DNA of 63,820 nt, filler included, from Octopus bimaculoides (taxonomy: Eukaryota), in NCBI RefSeq assembly GCF_001194135.2. It is 7 parts of 6 records of this genome, joined end to end, with 100 filler letters (N's around TTAATTAATTAA, not from the genome) between each part and the next. Parts side by side here need not be neighbours in the genome. Positions count along the whole stretch, not along the records: positions 27,965 to 40,966 come from NC_068988.1; positions 41,067 to 44,774 come from NC_068988.1; positions 44,875 to 62,324 come from NC_068982.1; 4 more parts are not named here. One strand, written 5' to 3'. The position numbers and the translations under genes are program-made. Positions 37,708-52,022 of the stretch are shown here, piece by piece. Below the pieces are notes generated by a model. That model did not search any database, was not told where the DNA came from, and saw nothing but the letters and a program-made list of their open reading frames with translations. Every line of letters begins with the position of its first letter. Position 1 is the first letter of the stretch.

Positions 37708-39574
37708 NNNNNNNNNNNNNNNNNNNNNNNNNNNNNNNNNNNNNNNNNNNNNNNNNNNNNNNNNNNNNNNNNNNNNNNNNNNNNNNNNNNNNNNNNNNNN
37801 NNNNNNNNNNNNNNNNNNNNNNNNNNNNNNNNNNNNNNNNNNNNNNNNNNNNNNNNNNNNNNNNNNNNNNNNNNNNNNNNNNNNNNNNNNNNNNNNNNNN
37901 NNNNNNNNNNNNNNNNNNNNNNNNNNNNNNNNNNNNNNNNNNNNNNNNNNNNNNNNNNNNNNNNNNNNNNNNNNNNNNNNNNNNNNNNNNNNNNNNNNNN
38001 NNNNNNNNNNNNNNNNNNNNNNNNNNNNNNNNNNNNNNNNNNNNNNNNNNNNNNNNNNNNNNNNNNNNNNNNNNNNNNNNNNNNNNNNNNNNNNNNNNNN
38101 NNNNNNNNNNNNNNNNNNNNNNNNNNNNNNNNNNNNNNNNNNNNNNNNNNNNNNNNNNNNNNNNNNNNNNNNNNNNNNNNNNNNNNNNNNNNNNNNNNNN
38201 NNNNNNNNNNNNNNNNNNNNNNNNNNNNNNNNNNNNNNNNNNNNNNNNNNNNNNNNNNNNNNNNNNNNNNNNNNNNNNNNNNNNNNNNNNNNNNNNNNNN
38301 NNNNNNNNNNNNNNNNNNNNNNNNNNNNNNNNNNNNNNNNNNNNNNNNNNNNNNNNNNNNNNNNNNNNNNNNNNNNNNNNNNNNNNNNACATTTATATTT
38401 ATTTTTATCCTTGTTTCTTTGTCTGTTCCTTTCAGTTGAAGAGCGTATATATATATATATATATATATTGAAAGTTGAAACAGAGTAGCACATCACTTAA
38501 GTTCCATGGCCCCGTAGGGCACGCCCACATCACAAGTTGCTGAGAGTATATATATATGTATATGTATGTAACTTCGTATGCGTGTATATGAATGTGTGAA
38601 ATTTGTTCTTACACGAGAGTGCCTTTCTTACAATGAACGAAGAAGTAGTCGTGTGACTGTAAATGTGCATGTACGTATATATAGGATTGTACGCATGTGT
38701 ACTATCATGTGCTTCATATGTATTCTAATATAAGGGTATTTGCATGCACACGTGTGATATGATTGGTATGCCTGACTGTATTCCTGAGTATTTTGTTTTA
38801 ATCGTGTGTATACATAATTGAGTGTAACGATGTTGGTTTTCTATATAATCATATGTGTGCTTGTGTACATCTTATGTGTGTATGATTGTGTGCGTGTGCG
38901 TGTGTGTGTGATTACAAATAAGCGTGCGTAAACATTTTTAGTTATTAGATTAGCTTCCAGAAAACAATGAAAACCTCATGATCCATAACATGCTATCGGA
39001 AAGCTTGAGTATTAACGGACTTAATACTTAATTGAACGGATTAATAGGCAACTTTTGTATCATGTCGAATATTTAGAGCTGTTATGATTAGAATATCGAA
39101 AAATGAAATGCAGCCGAATAAGTTGACAACAATTATTAGTCTCTTATAAGTGCTGACAAGAAGGAAATGATGCGTGAGAGAAGCTTTCGAAGTAGTGGAG
39201 TTCAACGTGGAAAGGAAGCCGGTGATCTGCGCCCCATAGATTACAAAGGATAAATTGAGTTGTGAGAGAAACTAATGGATATAAAACCTGAATAACAAAA
39301 ACGAGCAGGGCATGTCATGTAGTGATATTCCATATCTTGAAAAGGGAAAATGCACTAGAAAAGCCATCTATTATCCATTTTGTTTCAGTGGAATTTGGCC
39401 GTGCTGGGGCATCGACTTCAAATGTTTAGTGGAAGAAGAAATGAGATTTTTGAGTCTGGCACTTTCACTTTTGCTGAACTGTTAATTTACGGGAACATAA
39501 ATAAAACAATACCGGTTAGCAAGCGGTAGGTGTAGGTACTAACATAAATACTAATATACACACGTAAACACACA

Positions 39575-39720
39575 TATGGGCTTCCACATTCATTCACGAG
39601 ACTTTGGATGGCCTAGGACTGTACTAGAAGACATTGCCCAAGGTGTTGTGCAGTGGAACTAAACCCAACCGAGAATCACGTGGCTGCAAAGCGTGCTTCT
39701 TAAACACCAATGCCTGTGCC
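39575..39720 (-). mobile_element. Diverged tRNA-SINE head/core
   Basis: CCCAAGGTGTTGTGCAGTGGAACTAAACCC motif. Confidence 0.65.
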
Positions 39721-39734
39721 TGTAACTTAAAGCT

Positions 39735-39858
39735 TTTGCTTATAGCGTCTATGTTCCTCAAGTGGTCACCCATCTAAATGCTGACTTGGCCCAACATTTC
39801 GTTCACTTCGGTGATCAAATAAGAACTGACTTTTTCAACACTTGATATGGCCATGTAC
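39735..39858 (-). pseudogene. 5S rRNA pseudogene
   Basis: The reverse complement GGCCATATCAAGTGTTGAAAAAG...GATCACCGAAGTGAACG...TTAGATGGGTGACCACTTG is collinear with mollusc-type 5S (GGCCATATCACGTTGAAA...GATCACCGAAGTTAAGC...GGATGGGTGACCGCCTGG, from recall); about 120 nt with many substitutions. Confidence 0.8.
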
Positions 39859-40919
39859 TTTCCATGTGAATCAGAAACTGTCATAAGCTTAGACACTGCA
39901 GTATCTGTACCGTCCTCCACAAATGCTTTTCTTTTTGCGAACGCTGCTTACTAGAACTGGGGTGAATTGCCAATGATGCGGTTGATTTTAATATCGTTGC
40001 GGCGAATTAGCAGATTTGACTGAGTGTCAGAATACCTCTTGGTATTTATACTGATGCTCTGTTCCCAGACTTCAAATGTGGCTACGGTAAACCGAGTTTA
40101 TCATAATTTCATTGTTGATGAAAAAGCATTTTCGTCCCCAGACGGTGTTTTTGAAGGCACTGATAGCACGTCTGAGGAAAATGCCTTCGATACTCTAAAC
40201 TGCGTTGACAATAAAGCAGTGATGTTTCCCCAGTGTAAAATCAGTGAAGCAAAGAAGAGACCCCCCCCCCATCAGGGGGATTCAGAATCTTCATGAGAAG
40301 CGGAAACTTTAGGAATACTTCTCAATTTGTGTCAATTACTTATTGTTGAAATTTCATTAACATCGGAAATTTATGAATTGTCATGGGGTGGGGACCTGCC
40401 TCCTTTACGCCCCTCCAATTCAAACCAAACATACTGCATTATACCCGCCCTTATGCATTGAATCTAAGTTCCAAATATCATAAAGATCCATTCCGTAATT
40501 TTGGTCCATGAAAAATGTCTAAAATTTGTGGGTTAAGCTCCCATTAGGGGGTCTTAGAATCATCCTAAAAAAATGGAAAATTTCGGTATATTTCAAAAGT
40601 TATTTCTAATACCTATTGTTCAAATTTCATCAAGCTCCGAAGCATATAAATTTTCACGGGGTGTTCTTCCCCACTTTATATACCCTCAAAATTGTATGAA
40701 ACATACGGCATTACCCTTCTCCCTAGGCTTGGATTTTGTCTTCCAAATTTCACTAGGATTGGTCCAGTAGTTTTCGAGTCTATAAGTAACACACGAACAC
40801 ACAGACATTGGCTTTTATATAACACACACACACATATATATATACACATATATATATATATGAATATAAATTTATAGAGATATATGTGTATAAATATAGA
40901 TATAAAAAAATATATACTG

Positions 40920-40966
<47 letters not shown>

Positions 40967-41066
40967 NNNNNNNNNNNNNNNNNNNNNNNNNNNNNNNNNN
41001 NNNNNNNNNNTTAATTAATTAANNNNNNNNNNNNNNNNNNNNNNNNNNNNNNNNNNNNNNNNNNNN
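40967..41066. other. Artificial scaffold-join spacer
   Basis: 44 N + TTAATTAATTAA + 44 N. Confidence 0.95.
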
Positions 41067-41102
41067 ATATATATATATATATATATATACATATATATGT
41101 AT

Positions 41103-41171
<69 letters not shown>

Positions 41172-42529
41172 CAGATAGACAGACAGATAGATATTGAGAG
41201 TGAGAGAAAAACAGACCAAACAATAGGTCGATAAAGAAATAGAGATAAATACTGATAAATATAGAGATACACACACATACACACACACGCATATATATGT
41301 ACTTGCATAGACACATACACACAAACACAATGCAGATATGGCCGCAAATAACTAAATAAGCTTATGTACGTTTGTACTCTTTACTCTTATTCGGACTCTC
41401 TTATTCAGCCCCTTACATTCGGATGTAGATATCACCCGTTCTCTGGTGCCACCACAATGCTGCAAGCCTATATTTTTATTTTATTTATCTATTTCGTCGT
41501 ATTGCTCATTGAACTCCTTGCAACTTCCCTTGTTGGTCTTTCACTGCTGCGACACAAATTATTTCAATGAAACTTCCCCTATTTGAGTTGCTCTCTGAGC
41601 CCATCTCACCGCATTCCCTTCAAATTTGAAAGTCATCAGGCAACTCCACATGTCCATATATTATGACTACGTATTTTTTAAAGTTTCATCTTCGGTTCTC
41701 ACTTTCTATATCTTAGTTTATCTGGTTAATCCCAAAATTCATTTATTCCTAAAATATTGTTATAAAGAAACCGTGTTGTCGGCAAGTAATTGTAAACAAT
41801 TATTCAACAAAATTCTGTTTTAAATGTTTGGAAAGTGGAGTCCTGGAGGAAAGTTCTTACGTACGTTTCACAGTTATGGTTGTTTGAAATTCTGCATTGA
41901 CTACTGCTGCAAGAGCTTTCGAAAGGATCATCAAGGAACACTTTATCGCATTAAATTTACACACGGTGTATAATATAAAAAACATACTTGTATATCTATC
42001 TATATATATATATATATATATATATNNNNNNNNNNNNNNNNNNNNNNNNNNNNNNNNNNNNNNNNNNNNNNNNNNNNNNNNNNNNNNNNNNNNNNNNNNN
42101 NNNNNNNNNNNNNNNNNNNNNNNNNNNNNNNNNNNNNNNNNNNNNNNNNNNNNNNNNNNNNNNNNNNNNNNNNNNNNNNNNNNNNNNNNNNNNNNNNNNN
42201 NNNNNNNNNNNNNNNNNNNNNNNNNNNNNNNNNNNNNNNNNNNNNNNNNNNNNNNNNNNNNNNNNNNNNNNNNNNNNNNNNNNNNNNNNNNNNNNNNNNN
42301 NNNNNNNNNNNNNNNNNNNNNNNNNNNNNNNNNNNNNNNNNNNNNNNNNNNNNNNNNNNNNNNNNNNNNNNNNNNNNNNNNNNNNNNNNNNNNNNNNNNN
42401 NNNNNNNNNNNNNNNNNNNNNNNNNNNNNNNNNNNNNNNNNNNNNNNNNNNNNNNNNNNNNNNNNNNNNNNNNNNNNNNNNNNNNNNNNNNNNNNNNNNN
42501 NNNNNNNNNNNNNNNNNNNNNNNNNNNNA

Positions 42530-42690
42530 TATATGGTGGTTGTCTACTCCTTAAACAGAGTTTGACCACCTCCTGCGCCTACACCTTAGCCCTTTCATGG
42601 CGTCTGATGTGGCTTTTTAAACCAGACAGTGTTTTGAAAAAACACCCACACAGATTGCACCTCTGATTTGCACTACCAATACCTGCAAGT
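42530..42690 (-). mobile_element. Probable LINE (RTE-like) C-terminal C2H2 zinc-finger fragment
   Basis: CNLCGCFFKTLSGLKSHIRRH then stop and a short tail into (TA)n; resembles the RTE terminal CxxC...GLxSHxRxH motif. Confidence 0.5.
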
Positions 42691-42907
42691 ATATATATAC
42701 ATACATACCACTCACACACAAACACATATACACTCAAACACATGCATACACGCACACATGCCCACTCAGAGATGAGAGAGAGAATGTGGAATAAATTGTT
42801 GCAAATCTCATTAGATATTATCACAGAGATAATTTAGATGGATTCCCAAGATTTCCTCTTACATTTTCAGTGCTGTTCCTCTTGTACTTGGGAGCAGGCA
42901 TGATTTA

Positions 42908-42938
<31 letters not shown>

Positions 42939-42979
42939 CTTATATACGCAGATTTGTTCATTCGTCTCAACTTCAGGCG

Positions 42980-43327
42980 TCGTCATCATCACCTTCTTCT
43001 TCTTCTTCTTCTTCTTCTCCTCCTCCTCCTCCTCTTCCTACGCCTTAATTTTTTCATCATCGTCATTATCAACAGCATCAACCTCGTCATCGTCGTTGAT
43101 CTTCTCCTCCTCCTCCTTCTTCTTCTCCGCTTCCTCCATCTTAAATATTTTTCATCATCATCATCATAGACGTCGTCGTCATCGTCATCTTTTTCTTCTT
43201 GTTTATCTTCCTCCTCCTCCACCTTCAACAAGTTTTCGTCATCACCACCATCACCCTGATCATCATCATCATCATCATCATCATTATCATCATCATCATC
43301 ATCATTATCATCATCATCATCATCATT

Positions 43328-43360
<33 letters not shown>

Positions 43361-43580
43361 TTCAGCAGCAGCAGCATCGTCGCAGTCGTCATCGTTCTTC
43401 TTCTTCTTCTTCTTCTTCTTCTTCTTCTTCTTCTTCTTCTTCTTCTTCTTCTTCTTCTTCTTCTTCTTCTCCTCCTACTTTTCCTTCTTTCACATTCGTC
43501 ATCTTCTTCTCCTTCTACTTCTTCTACCCCCTCTTTTTCTTCTTTTTTCTTCTTCTTCCTCCTCCCCTTCTTCTTCTTTT
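42980..43580. repeat. Compound trinucleotide tract (TCA/TCG/TCT/TCC)
   Basis: Direct. Confidence 0.95.
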
Positions 43581-44591
43581 CATTCACACGCACATATATG
43601 TTTCTCGTCGTCTACATATCTCAGTTGATTTGCTTGCAGTCAGCTGAAAGGGAACAAGCTGAAACTTCGAAGTCACTTCGAAGCCATCTTTATTCTTCTA
43701 AAATTTAATAGAGAAGNNNNNNNNNNNNNNNNNNNNNNNNNNNNNNNNNNNNNNNNNNNNNNNNNNNNNNNNNNNNNNNNNNNNNNNNNNNNNNNNNNNN
43801 NNNNNNNNNNNNNNNNNNNNNNNNNNNNNNNNNNNNNNNNNNNNNNNNNNNNNNNNNNNNNNNNNNNNNNNNNNNNNNNNNNNNNNNNNNNNNNNNNNNN
43901 NNNNNNNNNNNNNNNNNNNNNNNNNNNNNNNNNNNNNNNNNNNNNNNNNNNNNTGCATTAAATAATGAGAAAATCATTTTTCCAATTCTCTCTTCTTAAC
44001 CCAGCAATAATTACATCCTAATCTCTATCTTTATATAGAGAAGCTAATCTCTTCCTATATAATACACGACATTTTGCTATCCGACATTTGGATAAAATAA
44101 TTGTTTCTTTACACAACTACGATGTATGAGATTTTTTCTGCGTCATCATTCTAATATGCTACTCTGGCCTTCTTTTCCACCCCCTTTGCCACTGCTTTCC
44201 CCCTTTTTTTATGCCGTTTTCCTCTCTCTTTTCTTTCCTTCTTTCTTTCTTTCTTCATTTATTTATTATTTTTTTGTATCTCTTGATATTTTTATATAAT
44301 AGTCCTCATATTTGTGATTTTTGCATTGTTTTGTTTTGTTCCATTAAAGGAACTGCAATTAGAGTTGATGTTGCAAAATATGTATACACCCCTACACCGC
44401 TACCCAGGTGAGGCTCTGTGACTGCGAACATCGCTTTGCAACCGCGTCGTTTTGGGTTCGGTCCCATTCTACGGAATTTTGAGCGCCTTCTTCCAAAAAC
44501 CCCGACTTGACAAAAGCTTTGTGAATGAAATTTATAAGCAGAAACTGTATGGAAGTCAGCTTTATAATACACGCGCGCACACACACACATA

Positions 44592-44639
<48 letters not shown>

Positions 44640-44774
44640 ATTGACCGCTCGCTCCAAAATTTTTATATTCTCTCTGTTCATTTCCTCGTATTTCCTTCTG
44701 CTGGAGAGCGTAGGCTCGAAACGTAAAAGGCTTTCTCACCTTCTCGAGCGTTAAACTAATACGTCTGTTTGTTG
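44640..44774 (+). repeat. Penelope-like terminal repeat family copy
   Basis: Similar to the reverse complement of 560-665. Confidence 0.45.
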
Positions 44775-44874
44775 NNNNNNNNNNNNNNNNNNNNNNNNNN
44801 NNNNNNNNNNNNNNNNNNTTAATTAATTAANNNNNNNNNNNNNNNNNNNNNNNNNNNNNNNNNNNNNNNNNNNN
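44775..44874. other. Artificial scaffold-join spacer
   Basis: 44 N + TTAATTAATTAA + 44 N. Confidence 0.95.
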
Positions 44875-44976
44875 TAGAGAGAGAAAGAGAGAGAGACACA
44901 CACATACACACGCACAAGCACAAATACTCACACACACATACATGCACATACACACCCACGCTCACACCATGTATAG

Positions 44977-45021
<45 letters not shown>

Positions 45022-46314
45022 GTCTATCTATCTATCTGTCTATCTCTCTGTCTGTCTGTCTATCTACATACATACGTACATAGTACATACATTCACAGAC
45101 ACACAGACACACAGACACACACACATGTATATATTTATATATGTTTCCTATATATACATACGCATTTATACACACACAAGCATATACAAAAGCATACAAA
45201 CCATAATATGAATATATATAAACAGGACTAGTCTGTAATACGGAAAAAAAAATTCTCAATGTTGTCTAGTCTATATGTACTTCCATAGCCAGCAGACATT
45301 TCATTGATCGAGCGTTCTTGCAATGACGTCATTTCTCTGACTCAAATCGATTTTCTTTGCTGCACGACCGATTCCAGACAACAACCCACATGTCTATTGA
45401 CTAATTACACGAAAGAAAGGAAGAAAAAATAATAATCTGTTTGCAAAGAATTCATCGAAAACCTCTGGAAAAGCATAAAAAAAATATCACATGAGTTATT
45501 GCAGTGGGTTATGGGGCAAGCGTGAAAAAAATAAAGGGGGCGGTAAAAACATAAAAGCTGGAAATGATTCAGATTTGCATCATAATTCTTGTATATGTGT
45601 GTGGCAATATTAATATAATGTTGTCGTTGCCTTTGTTCTTTTGGCTAAATCGTTACAGAGTTGGATAAAGTGACTTGCAGTATTTTTATAGGCTCCTCAC
45701 ATTCTCAGTTCAAATCATGCTGAGGTCAGCTCTTCTGTTTATGTTTCCGGAATTGAATAGATGAAGTACTAGCCATTTACTGAGATAGATTTAAACAACT
45801 AAATCGCGTCCCTCAAAATGTGAGGTCTTGTGCTTATGTTAAGGACACTCATGGAATGGAGCGGTAGTACCTAGTTACATCCCTTTAGTTTCTGAGTTCA
45901 AATCCTATCAAGTTCCTTTACTTTCCATTGTTTAGCGAGACGATAAAACGAATTACATTCAATTATGCATGTACCTTGGCATGGTTGTAGAGTCAAGGAG
46001 TTCGTTACGTAGCCCAGTGGCTGGAGTTCGATCTCACTGTGCGATTCCTTAGCTAGATGTCTTCTACCACACTCTTATATATCTGTCTGTGTGCATGTAT
46101 GTGTGTGTATGTATGTATGTATGTATGTATGACTGTATGCATGTACGTATATATATGCATGCATGTATGTGTGTGTGTATGTATGTAATATGTAGGTGCT
46201 AATGTGTATATTTATGTAGACATACATATACATATATGTATGTATATGTATGTTTATGTATGTATATATATATATGTATGTGTATATACTTATATAATAT
46301 TTATGCATATGTAC

Positions 46315-46353
<39 letters not shown>

Positions 46354-48965
46354 ATGCTTACTTTATGCACAGTACAGTATGAACAGAAGAACTGAAATAA
46401 ATTTAGATATTATAAATCCTCACTGTGAGTTAAATAAGAATGTAAGCGCATTTACTTATGCTATTGATGTACAGAAAAAAGTGAGAGGGAGTCCTACGAT
46501 GGATTATTTTACTAATGTGCCGGTCTAATTTATAGCTGTTTTATATCAAGATATGCTGTTGATTAAGGCAAAAAGCTGAGTATCACTTCACAAACGTGAA
46601 ATGGTCCATCTAGTGACTCTCCTTCTTTTTCTACAATCAATAGTATGGAAAAATGAGTTTACATTTTTATTTAACACACAGCGGGACTTTGCAATCTTTA
46701 AATTCTTTTCAATTCTTCTGTGTTACACATAAAAATAGATAGATATCATTTAATTAATGAGAAGCCACCTGCTACCCACTTACGGGTTGGCTTAGTTTAT
46801 GATTGTTTTATATATCAGTTGATATGTACTATTGGTTGGTGGAAAAAAACATGTGTACTTCTGGTGTAAAGAGAAGAAAACAAACAATGAAACAGTCTAA
46901 ACATCTCTCTTTTTTCCGAACATCAACAGCATAGAAAGAACATATTTACATTTTTATTTAATTCAAAATTAAGGGATTGTAATACATATTATATAATATG
47001 CATATATATATTTATATTTGCATATATATATANNNNNNNNNNNNNNNNNNNNNNNNNNNNNNNNNNNNNNNNNNNNNNNNNNNNNNNNNNNNNNNNNNNN
47101 NNNNNNNNNNNNNNNNNNNNNNNNNNNNNNNNNNNNNNNNNNNNNNNNNNNNNNNNNNNNNNNNNNNNNNNNNNNNNNNNNNNNNNNNNNNNNNNNNNNN
47201 NNNNNNNNNNNNNNNNNNNNNNNNNNNNNNNNNNNNNNNNNNNNNNNNNNNNNNNNNNNNNNNNNNNNNNNNNNNNNNNNNNNNNNNNNNNNNNNNNNNN
47301 NNNNNNNNNNNNNNNNNNNNNNNNNNNNNNNNNNNNNNNNNNNNNNNNNNNNNNNNNNNNNNNNNNNNNNNNNNNNNNNNNNNNNNNNNNNNNNNNNNNN
47401 NNNNNNNNNNNNNNNNNNNNNNNNNNNNNNNNNNNNNNNNNNNNNNNNNNNNNNNNNNNNNNNNNNNNNNNNNNNNNNNNNNNNNNNNNNNNNNNNNNNN
47501 NNNNNNNNNNNNNNNNNNNNNNNNNNNNNNNNNNNNNNNNNNNNNNNNNNNNNNNNNNNNNNNNNNNNNNNNNNNNNNNNNNNNNNNNNNNNNNNNNNNN
47601 NNNNNNNNNNNNNNNNNNNNNNNNNNNNNNNNNNNNNNNNNNGTTATAGGCACAAGGCTTGGAATTTTGGGGTTGTGATTATATCGACCCCAATGTTCAA
47701 ATAGTACTTGTGTTATCGACTCCAAAAGGCACAAAGCAAAACTCAATCTCGGTTCAATTCACTGCTTCTCTCAAAAGTGAATCAGCGCTTACGTTAGAAA
47801 TCAACATAATGCCTTCTTAATGGTGATAAGATGTGTTTTGAAGAAAATTCGGCTGCTTTGTCTCGTAAGTCGAACGAACACATAGCTGCTCTTTCATTGG
47901 CTTGAGTCCACTGTAAATGAAGTGAAAAAACAAAAACAATAATAACAAAAAAAAAAAAGAAAATAAGAAGAAAAAGGAAAGAGAACATGAATTGGCTGTA
48001 AAGAGGTCAGAGACCTCTTTCAATGATAGTGTCGTCCCAGGAAAATCGCTTCATTGGATAGCTTGGACAACCCTGACAGAGAATTACTCTTCATTTAATG
48101 AGATATTTATTATAAGTGTCTTCTATTTTATAGACTGGAGAAAAAAAAATCACTGTGGATGTTTCAGATGTTGCATGATTAGAAGAGAAGTAGATAAAGC
48201 AGACAGACAAATGTGTGTTGCTCTGCTTATTACTTAACTGCCAGACTGCGAGGGAGGTGGCATTAGATGACCACATTTCCATACATTAAGTTTAAATTAA
48301 TTCGTCGAATTGCTTTGAATTTAAATTAGTATAAAGAATAAAGCGAAACAAAACAACAAAAACAAAAGAAAACAAGCATATAAGCTATGCCTCTAGGTAG
48401 AACATAACATGTACTAACACATCTATGAAATAAGGTTGTTGATGATTCATTATTAAAGTTACCTCCAAGCAGTTGGAGTTCAAACTCTTTGTGTGATTTT
48501 TACGTTTGCAGGCAGTTATGTTCAGTTCAGCGTAAATTTTACATTTAGAAAACTGCTTCACATAATCTGTTTTTTTTTCTTCTTCTTCTCTTCGATTAAC
48601 AAATCATGGTGCTGTCAAAATTGTCTATAGTATTTCCTTTACTTAGATATCAAACGTTAAGGTTTGGATTTCCATTAGTTCATTATAAGGTTCAGAAAAA
48701 AGAAAAAAGGCATGGGTACAGTGTATTTGGCTTGCTATACTGCTTTGTTTGTTGTCTGAGAGATCTATAGTCAAGTAATTTGACGCAGTAATTTATCAAC
48801 TTGGGAAGGATGAAAGGCAAAAATCAGTCTCAATGAAAAGTGACGTACTGAACTCAAAACTTGAACAAATCCCAATCGCTCATCTACCTCACACCATTCA
48901 TACCCGTAATTGAAAGATGATTCATCAAAAGAAAAAAGTGTTAGAGACATTTTCCCTTTATCGCT

Positions 48966-48996
<31 letters not shown>

Positions 48997-49001
48997 TGAT
49001 G

Positions 49002-49070
<69 letters not shown>
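48966..49070. repeat. (AAT)n microsatellite
   Basis: Direct. Confidence 0.95.
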
Positions 49071-49075
<5 letters not shown>

Positions 49076-49172
49076 TATTATTGTTGTTATTGTCATTGTT
49101 GTTGCTGCAGTTATTTTTAACATTATTAACATTATCAAAATATCTAATTTTACAACACACTTTAAACAGCTC

Positions 49173-49207
<35 letters not shown>

Positions 49208-49437
49208 TGTATGCATGTATGCATGTATGTATGTATGCATGTATGTATGTATATATCATACATGCAATTATGTGTATGTGTNNNNNNNNNNNNNNNNNNN
49301 NNNNNNNNNNNNNNNNNNNNNNNNNNNNNNNNNNNNNNNNNNNNNNNNNNNNNNNNNNNNNNNNNNNNNNNNNNNNNNNNNNNNNNNNNNNNNNNNNNNN
49401 NNNNNNNNNNNNNNNNNNNNNNNNNNNNNNNNNNNNN

Positions 49438-49497
<60 letters not shown>

Positions 49498-50626
49498 TGT
49501 TATGCATATATTACAACAGTAAGGAAGGGACAGATGGTGAGCTGTTAATTATTTTAATCGTCGTGATGAAAGAAACGTGGTGTGCTATTTTCCAGTTGAT
49601 TAGTTTTTAATCAAATGTGATTCTTTTGAGTTAATCAATGCATCATGATTGTCTTATAATCACCAGCCCGTGTAAACAATGTGCCAAGTCAAATAACTGC
49701 ATCAGGTTCTTAAATACAACTTTAACATAAATTTTTTCATATATTTCCTTGGAAAATGAACAATAACCAGAATATTTTGGATAAAAGATTTAATGGAAAG
49801 ACAAATATGATTTCAAGGTTACTACTTTACAATTCCCGAACAGCTGAAAATATTTTTTGCACATTCATCTAATTTATACAACAAGCTCTATCTCTCTCTG
49901 TCTCTTGCTACCTACCTACCCAACTTGTAAACCAGGTACCTACATATATCTTCCATACCTAGTTTCTCTCTCTATATATATCTCTCCCTTTCTCACTGTC
50001 TTACACACACTCACTTCCTAAATACTCAAGCACGTGCGCATGCACGCACACGCACACGCACACACACACACACACACACTCACTGATTTTTCCATTTTTA
50101 TTCATATACATAGATATGCATGCATATACCTATGCATGTAGGCATATATATATACGTCTCTGTCTGTCTGTCTGTCTGTCTATCTGTCTATCTGTCTATC
50201 TGTCTGTCTGTCTGTCTGTCTGTCTCTGTCTCTCTCTTTCTATATATATATACATATATCGAAACGTCTAGTTAGAATAGAGACGGCTGACGAAGGATTA
50301 ATTCCAAGTGGCTATCTGTTTTCCTATGTGTTCGTTCCGTTGTCTGTTATTCATTGTTCTAACGTCCTGTACCCTGATATGCATCTATATACACATGTAG
50401 ATGTAAGTATGTACATATATGTGTGTATACATGCATATATATTCTTTGTATTATATTATATNNNNNNNNNNNNNNNNNNNNNNNNNNNNNNNNNNNNNNN
50501 NNNNNNNNNNNNNNNNNNNNNNNNNNNNNNNNNNNNNNNNNNNNNNNNNNNNNNNNNNNNNNNNNNNNNNNNNNNNNNNNNNNNNNNNNNNNNNNNNNNN
50601 NNNNNNNNNNNNNNNNNNNNNNNNNN

Positions 50627-50663
<37 letters not shown>

Positions 50664-51029
50664 CATATATACAAACATACTTATATACCTGCTTTGCTGT
50701 CAGATTATAGCCGTCTCAGATGAGTCATTTGTACATGAGTGTATTTAGGTGACGTACGCTTGTGCGATACATATATCACTCCATTAGTATCTATCCTTAA
50801 ATATTTAGTGACAAGCAAAGAGGAAGATAACCAGAAACTATTTCAGTCACAGGTACTATATTTCCAAAGATTTTCCAATAAAAGCTCAACAAGTTAAGGG
50901 CTTGATTTTCCTTCTCCACGTGGTTTACTACATAATTTCTTACTCCTTTGTCGTTAATATAATCTTTTATTCTGCTCTGTACTCGGTTAACACTTTGCTC
51001 TGAAGCATATGTTTACTGAGTTCTAACGT

Positions 51030-52022
51030 CAGGTTATTAGTATCGTAATGCGGAAGTGTTATATACAAAAGCTGATTCTTCAAAATGTTCCTTGGAATTT
51101 TGTCTTTGGGAAAGCTACCTCTGATGCAGCTGCTGAATTCCCAGAGTGGGTACAAATTAGCATTGACACTTTTATTCCTAATCTCAATTTTAGGGTAAAA
51201 CCTGACTTTCCGCCCTGGTTCAATGCACGATGTGCATCTGCTATTGCTCATCGGAATCTCTTTTATCAACGTTTTCAGCGGGTTCAGTCCGCTGATTCTC
51301 GAGAGCGAGAAATGCTTGTAAAAGGACTGTTGCTGATGCTAAATCCTCTTATGCTCGTAGGGTTCATGAATCCACAGCCTCACAGAAGCTTGGAAGTCAG
51401 GACTTTAGGAAAATCAATCCTGATAAGTCTGTTGTGCCCCCACTTTTTCATGGTGTCATGCTTGAGATTTTCCGCAGAAAAAAGTTGACCTCTTTGCAAA
51501 TTTGTTTTCTGCTAACTCTACCCTTGATGATTCAGGTGCATCTTTTCCTAAGTTTCCTTCTCATACAGAACAATTTCTTAATTCTGTCGTCATAACTCCG
51601 AAGTTAGTTGTTAAGGGGCTCAGTCTAAAGGGTCTGGTTCTCAAAGCTTTCCTGCGGTTGTCATGAAACAGTGTGCTCCTCAGATGTCTTTTTTGTTCTC
51701 TAAGATTTTAAATATTTGTCTTGCTAAGTCCTGTTTTCCATCTAGAAGTTGTACCAATTTTGAAGAATGGTAGTGAATCTTCTGAGCCAAACAAATATAG
51801 TCTTGTTAGTCTCCTCTCTGTTGTTAGCAAGATTTTTGAACGGCTCATCAACAACAGATTGGTTGAGTTTCTTGAAACCTTGGGAGTCCTTGTTGATGTT
51901 CTGTATGGCTTTCGTGGCTCTCGTTCTACTGCTAGTCTTCTGGTTTGTTACTGTATCTACTAATTTATGGATAAATCAGGAGATGGTCGAGCAATAAGCT
52001 CTTGATACATCCAAAGCCTTCT
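51030..52022 (+). mobile_element. Decayed CR1/Jockey-group LINE ORF2 fragment
   Basis: PPWFNARCASAIAHRN...LFANLFSANSTLDD...PILKNG...PNKYSLVSLLSVVSKIFERLIN...YGFRGSRST...ALDTSKAF, frameshifted. Confidence 0.85.

Noticed and set aside
37515-38862. 193-bp exact direct repeat as a biological duplication
   Set aside because: One copy ends at a gap edge, so an assembly overlap or gap-filling artefact is more likely.
40024-40296. 90-aa ORF
   Set aside because: No recognisable motif, start context or splice support.
40440-40830. Possible Helitron/Helentron-like non-autonomous end
   Set aside because: Only a vague resemblance; no hairpin or second copy could be verified.
43096-43708. Poly-His/Ser ORFs
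   Set aside because: Compound microsatellite with no splice or homology support.
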